A stretch of DNA of 64,000 nucleotides from positions 39,546-103,545 of IMG/VR virus record IMGVR_UViG_3300045988_058019. One strand, 5' to 3'. The stretch comes from a virus. The position numbers and the translations under genes were made by a program. The notes beneath the pieces are model-generated. The model did no database searches and was not told where the DNA came from. It saw only the letters and a program-made list of their open reading frames with translations. This document shows positions 62,489 through 64,000 of this stretch, in pieces (position 1 is the stretch's first letter; each line of letters starts with the position of its first letter).

Positions 62489-64000
62489 ATGGCAAAAGAA
62501 ATGAGTAAGGCTGAAAGAAAGGCAGCCTTGAAAGCAGCAAAAGCAGCAGCAAAAGCTGAAACTAAAGTAAACAACACTGAGAACAAGAAAGAGGAAACTA
62601 ATCCTCAGGTAGATAACAAGCCGAAAGATGCTAAAGTAGAGGATGCAAAGAAAGCTCCTACTACAGCTAAGGAAACTAAGGTTCAGGCAAAGAAGGATGC
62701 CCCTAAAAGTCCGGATAAGCCTAAGAAGAAGGAAGAGAAAATTCCTACAATCATTCCTGAAGATGCAACAGGTAAGAACAGCCCTGAAAAGAAAGCTGTA
62801 GAACGTGCTGCAAACCTTATCACAGGAATTCCTACGGCCGGTATACCTATTGGTTCAAGAGAATCATCTGTTGATGGTAAGGCTATGTTAGCATTTGTAA
62901 TGCAACAGAGATATGCCAACAATGAGGAACTCAAGAAACAATATCCTGAGTTATATGCAGACCTCAACCGCAGCATTGATGTAGTTACATTATTAGCTCT
63001 TGTTGACGTACGTCAAGACTTGTTCAATCGTAGTGAACGTGGCGAACTGCAGTTACAGATACCGGCAGACCAAGTGTTACCGCTGCAAAGTACAGCAGAA
63101 ATGCTAGGTATTAAACTAGCTCCTGCTAAAGCTCTGCCTGGGAACGATGGACAAATGTCTATTAACTTCTCAGAAAGTGAAGTACCTACAGAACTTGCAA
63201 GTAGCAAGCATAAAGTAGAAATTCCAGAGCTTGATCCCAATAAGATCACTAATGATGAGGAAATGAAAACTGCCCTTAATTACCTCATCTCTAAAGAGAA
63301 AAATGTGGCAGAAAATATAGTTAACACTGTAGAATGGTATCGTGTATACCGTGGTCTAAAAGAAACTGATGCAGATAAGAAGCTTGCATTAGACGAGAAG
63401 ACAGTTACAGATTGGATTAATGAGATATTCTCTATTATCCAGCCTACAGCTATCTTGCGTGGTTTAGGTCGTGCTGTATACTTATATACTTCACAGACAG
63501 GTTCACCGTGTATGGCTCACTCTATCATGCATACGCATATGTCTAAAGCTGGTTGGAGTGAAGAACAAGTAGCAGAAGCATTACGTGCTTTAATTGGAGA
63601 AAACTTCCGCTATAAGCTGAAGGATGATCCTGAAGCAAAACCTGAACAGGATAAAGCAATTAATGCTATTACTGGCTTACTAGGCAATGACTACATTGAT
63701 AAGTTATTTGCTGACTATACTACTACTACTGATGGTGTAGAAGACAGTAAGAAGACTGAACTTGAAGCTGCACGTGAAGTTGCCCGTAAAGTTCTAGGGA
63801 GTATTCGTACCAATTACTTTGACAAACAGAAGGAGACTCCTACGCTTGATAAGATGCGTATGGTTGTAGGTCAGATTATTAATCTGTATCGAGACCCAGC
63901 TGATCGTCTTGCAGAGTATTGTCAAGGAGATTTAATAGCTCCAAAGGAAGACGAATACCCAAAGAAGGAAGAACAATCTGAAGGAACTGAAAAAAAAAAC
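62489..64000 (+). CDS. Large protein with Lys/Ala-rich N-terminus, 3' partial (runs off window end)
   Basis: ATG at 62489 is followed by 504 codons open to position 64000. It is not in the ORF track because no stop lies within the window. The minus-strand ORFs 62683-62976 and 63013-63249 are its antisense shadows. Confidence 0.7.
   Translation, partial: MAKEMSKAERKAALKAAKAAAKAETKVNNTENKKEETNPQVDNKPKDAKVEDAKKAPTTAKETKVQAKKDAPKSPDKPKKKEEKIPTIIPEDATGKNSPEKKAVERAANLITGIPTAGIPIGSRESSVDGKAMLAFVMQQRYANNEELKKQYPELYADLNRSIDVVTLLALVDVRQDLFNRSERGELQLQIPADQVLPLQSTAEMLGIKLAPAKALPGNDGQMSINFSESEVPTELASSKHKVEIPELDPNKITNDEEMKTALNYLISKEKNVAENIVNTVEWYRVYRGLKETDADKKLALDEKTVTDWINEIFSIIQPTAILRGLGRAVYLYTSQTGSPCMAHSIMHTHMSKAGWSEEQVAEALRALIGENFRYKLKDDPEAKPEQDKAINAITGLLGNDYIDKLFADYTTTTDGVEDSKKTELEAAREVARKVLGSIRTNYFDKQKETPTLDKMRMVVGQIINLYRDPADRLAEYCQGDLIAPKEDEYPKKEEQSEGTEKKN

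Noticed and set aside
62018-63249. Minus-strand ORFs 62018-62296, 62683-62976 and 63013-63249
   Set aside because: They lie antisense to well-supported plus-strand genes (62043-62414 and the open 62489-64000 ORF). Their low-complexity composition mirrors the sense strand.

Overview
This window looks like part of a low-GC crAss-like (Crassvirales-type) podophage genome. All calls come from hand translation and motif recognition; no searches were run. Positions 1-49549 are minus-strand genes. They include a middle/auxiliary block (ThyX, GroES-like, homing endonucleases) and a packaging/capsid/tail/lysis block with TerL, portal, major capsid protein, several giant tail fibres, a BACON-repeat protein, an M15 endolysin and a holin. 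Positions 49770-64000 are plus-strand early-type small genes, two tRNA-Leu(UAA) genes, an ECF-like sigma factor and unusually long, visibly more GC-rich, hairpin-dense intergenic regions.

Three points dominate:
- **TAG recoding.** The minus-strand late genes are only intact if TAG is read as a sense codon. Every ORF-track break I checked is TAG, and real ends are TAA or TGA. A tRNA with anticodon CUA sits at 42383-42460, just upstream of the TerL operon. Two conserved-motif positions indicate TAG = Gln.
- **Diversity-generating retroelement.** The RT is at 9758-10780, the template repeat at 10917-11012 and the variable repeat at 11155-11250, in the C-type-lectin-like C-terminus of a tail fibre (11042-13603). 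All of the roughly 27 TR/VR mismatches fall at TR adenines. The RT gene itself contains 8 in-frame TAG codons.
- **Candidate structured RNAs.** The early region holds repeated sequence modules, one with compensatory stem changes across three copies, and a roughly 194-nt element closed by a tRNA-like acceptor/T-arm.

Six homing endonuclease genes (4 GIY-YIG, 2 HNH) are scattered through the window. Product names beyond the motif-supported ones are tentative.
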